Source of the DNA: Eledone cirrhosa
Taxonomy: Eukaryota
Direction of reading: 5' to 3'
Assembly: GCA_964016885.1 (NCBI GenBank)
Contig: OZ024753.1
Location: 17,236,001 to 17,300,000 of the forward strand
DNA length: 64,000 nucleotides
The position numbers and the translations under genes are program-made. The notes under the pieces are model-generated. The model was not told the DNA's origin. It made no database searches and saw only the letters and a program-made list of their open reading frames with translations. This document shows, piece after piece, positions 60,170 through 64,000 of the stretch (position 1 is its first letter; each line of letters opens with the position of its first letter).

Positions 60170-61190
60170 TGTCGTTTGACAAGACCGCAAAAGTATTCCT
60201 GCGGACAATGGCCAATCACCCCCGCTGCAACATCCACTCTGCCTCGTGAGGCTCCTTCCTTAGATGGGCTGCTGACATTCCAATCTTTAGGAGGAGCACC
60301 ACGATACAGGGTTCAAGTACGCCTGAGGTATCGACAGTGACCGGCGTGAAGAGGATGCAGCCGGACAATCACCGGCATTTGTTTATCTTCCTTTCCTCTG
60401 CATTGCGGGCCGCAGTACTAGGGTTTGTAGCTGAAGCTACTAAGTTGGAGATGGAGAACGTGTCACAACCTGTGGTGTCCCAGATGAGAGATCTACCTCC
60501 TTCGATAGGAAAAAAAGTAATTTCACGGGGCACTTGCCATCTCCGCGGTTTTGGCCTGTTGGCTCAAGTTGTGAAGGGAGTACAGCTGTGTCTAGGCTCC
60601 TTTTCAATATGTGGGTGAGACTGGCATTTCAGAGGAAGTGGACTGCGCTCTAGCAGCAAGATAGTGGGTGCAGGCCGAACTTATGAACGACCACTTCACA
60701 ACTGCATTTATGCGGCTCATACACGCGTTGGGCCACTCCAAAGCGAGTGCACTCGTCATCAAGAAGGGGTCTGTTTGGTGAGCGGGGCACCGAATTGAGT
60801 CACGCGCCGATTTTTGGCTGTGAGGTGGGGGTGGAGGCAGGTGAGGAGGTGCTGGTCCAAGCCAGACTTGATCTGCATGAAGAAAGACCTGCATTTGTTG
60901 TCAAAGTTATATTGGACATTTGTATAGGGAGTCAGGGGGGCCTTCCACTGTCCAGACGGCCTGAGCCTGTTCGAGCTCTGGGACCATGTCAGATTCGGTC
61001 CTTTTGATGAGATCTCACTGTCGAGAGCGCGACTGGAGGAGATTGGGGAAAGGTAGGCCGATAGATCCAGATCTGAAGCGGGTCGGAGGCCAAGTCCACC
61101 GAACCTCGCTGGGAGCTTTGCCTGTTGCCAGCCGGACCATGAAGAAAAGAAGTACCTACACTCCAAACATACTCTATAGGAAATGGTGAA
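60170..61190 (-). mobile_element. CRE-like retrotransposon decayed fragment
   Basis: WQQAKLPARFGGLGLRPASDL..AYLS, with a downstream WDTTGCDTFS-like endonuclease remnant. Confidence 0.7.
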
Positions 61191-61389
61191 ATGAAGATTG
61201 AAAATGAATGGTACATAATTCCTTTAAATCTTCAACCCTCCTTCACCCCAACACTCATTCTTGTGACGCTAAACTCCACCAGTTGCAGACTGCGCATCAA
61301 TATGTGATATCTCTCTCCACAAAGTTCGATCACCAACAGCAGAGTTTAACGAGCAAAGATCAAGTCCCGTCCATAAGAGGACATTGTGA

Positions 61390-61800
61390 AGCCATCGTTT
61401 TGGCTGCCGGCCTCTGCTTCTCTTACCAGCCAACCTTCCTTACAGGCATAACCTACTCACACCACGAGATGATCTTTCTATATGACCGTATAGTTTGAGT
61501 ACTCTTGACTTGAAAATTGATGTAATTGATCTAAGTCTGGTAATGTTGAACAGCTCACTGATACAGATACGGTCGCTGAGCCGCTTGCCAGTCATAAGTC
61601 TCATGATGTGGTTCTGGAATGTAGAGAGCTTCTGAAGTGACCTTTGCTGTCCAATTAACACAGTCAGGACCATATAACACAACTGGTAGGATGTAAGTAT
61701 CAAATGATAGGAAACTCGTTTTGATGTTAGTACTTCCTTATTGAAAGCTGCCCAACAAAATACAAACCACAAAACATTCTCATTGCTTAGCTTCAACCCG
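61390..61800 (-). mobile_element. Decayed LINE C-terminal fragment (RTE-like)
   Basis: KLSTFQNHIMRLMTGKRLSDRICISELF...RVLKLYGHIER. Confidence 0.65.
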
Positions 61801-62121
61801 ATACATATTTTTCTTCTCTCAACATGGTGTTGATGTCCTCATAAAAGTTGCAGATATTTCCATAGAATGCTGAAAAATTATTTTCTAGCTTATTTATTTA
61901 TTTACAATAATTGTTTTTATTTCTAGGATAACATTACAGAAAAATAATAAAGAATTCAATATTTAGTTAGATATAAAGACTATAAATAAGAGGAAAATGA
62001 GGTAAAGGATTATAAAGCAACGAAAGAGAGAAAAAGGTGGAAATATCTAAATATTAAGATTAAGAAAAATAAATTTGTTCTTTTTTTGTTTTTGTCAATT
62101 TTATTTTTTGTATATTTAAAG

Positions 62122-62263
62122 GATGGAATCATAAATGGTTTATGGATGAAATTGAAAAAGCGAACTCTTCGACAACTATCTCGAGGTAAACTAGTCATTA
62201 AAGTCAATACCCAGACAACTAAACCTTTTAGTGGACGAATTCTACCCAGAATAACATGTGGAG
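62122..62263 (+). CDS. chrd: Chordin exon, CHRD2 C-terminus
   Basis: tttgtatatttaaag ... GAG|gtgagt. Reads DGIINGLWMKLKKRTLRQLSRGKLVIKVNTQTTKPFSGRILPRITCG, with the LxxGxL...SGxIxxRxxC pattern. Phase 0 in, 1 out. Confidence 0.85.
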
Positions 62264-62559
62264 GTGAGTTCTGTTTATTCTTATATTTCGTTTCTATAGT
62301 TATGTATATGCTATAAACAACTATAAACAGGAAAGGTCAGTAATTTTCTACTACCTTATTACCAGTAAGAGAAATAGCTCAATGTAAGAATATCAGTTGT
62401 TTTACAGAGCAGGAAAATAAATAAATTATACAATTATCAAAGTTGTGTTCTAATCGTTTCTTCAAAACTCTCGAGTGTTTGGAAGAAACGATTGTCAGCT
62501 ATTAAATGATTTGAACACAACTTTGATAATTGTATAATTTATTTATTTTATATATATAT

Positions 62560-62660
<101 letters not shown>

Positions 62661-63174
62661 GTGTAACCCCGGCATTCACCTCCCCGATTATTTGCGGAAT
62701 TTTCCTTAGAACCTAACAAATAAATGTTCGTAGAAACCACCGCATCGTATATATCTTCCGCGGTTTTAAACTCTTTTTCGGGGCAATATATATATTTTTA
62801 GCACTAAATTATTTATAACAATACCGTACTTGCCGACCTTTTGGGCACTCTTTCTTTTTTTATTATATTTTACGTTATATTTTGTTGCTTAGAGGCATTT
62901 TTATGGACCACGTCCAACATTCGCGGTTTCTCCCATTTCGCGTATACCGGAGTACAACACACACACACACACACACATATATAATAATAAGTTAACGAGA
63001 CTAGCAAGGGCTTCACTGCTAGTACTGGTTGCATCTCAGTGTACTCAATAGGTAATGTTAAGTAAACTCCCAGAGTAGACATAGTTATTAGCTTTAACAC
63101 ACATAAATGGGTACCTTTAATATATACATATATATATATACACATACATGTATATATATACACACACATACATG

Positions 63175-63258
<84 letters not shown>

Positions 63259-63301
63259 GTATATATATATGTATATATACATATATGTATATGTATATGT
63301 A

Positions 63302-63334
<33 letters not shown>

Positions 63335-63389
63335 ATATATATGTATATATATATGTATATATATATGTATATATATGTATATATATATG

Positions 63390-63440
<51 letters not shown>

Positions 63441-63483
63441 GTATATATGTATATATATATGTATATATGTATATGTATATATG

Positions 63484-63544
<61 letters not shown>

Positions 63545-63558
63545 GTATATGTATATAT

Positions 63559-63592
<34 letters not shown>

Positions 63593-63648
63593 ATGTATAT
63601 GTATATATATATATAGGTATATGTATATATATATATATATGTATATGT

Positions 63649-63702
<54 letters not shown>

Positions 63703-63712
63703 ATATATGTAT

Positions 63713-63744
<32 letters not shown>

Positions 63745-63756
63745 GTGTGTGTGTGT

Positions 63757-63838
<82 letters not shown>

Positions 63839-64000
63839 GTGTATATATATAAAAGTATATATACGTACATACATATATGTATACAGACGTACAGTAGTAT
63901 GTATATATATATACATACATGCACACATATATATATGTACGTATGGATTCACCGAACATTTATTATAATGCTCGGTGCGTTATATATATATATATATATA

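Noticed and set aside
61927-62001. Candidate exon with AG/GT boundaries
   Set aside because: There are stops in all three frames, and the flanking exons already join in phase.

Overview
AT-rich animal genomic DNA full of microsatellites, most likely from an octopus (inferred from the tRNA-SINE families and (TA)n load). The window lies inside a + strand chordin-like gene. Eight exons with consistent splice phases encode the end of VWC/CR1 and the first two CHRD domains. The introns hold SINEs, MITEs, RTE- and CRE-type LINE fragments, a decayed Naiad-type Penelope-like element (PLE; RT plus GIY-YIG) and many satellites. The most striking feature is a set of more than ten sequence-distinct families of short inserts in (TA)n tracts. 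They carry minimal type I hammerhead ribozymes, several with non-canonical cores (U3-A8, A4, C4, U10.1-U11.1, stem II near 100 nt). They often form fold-back palindromes whose junctions fall at or within the ribozyme. All folds and alignments were done by eye, and repeat boundaries are approximate.
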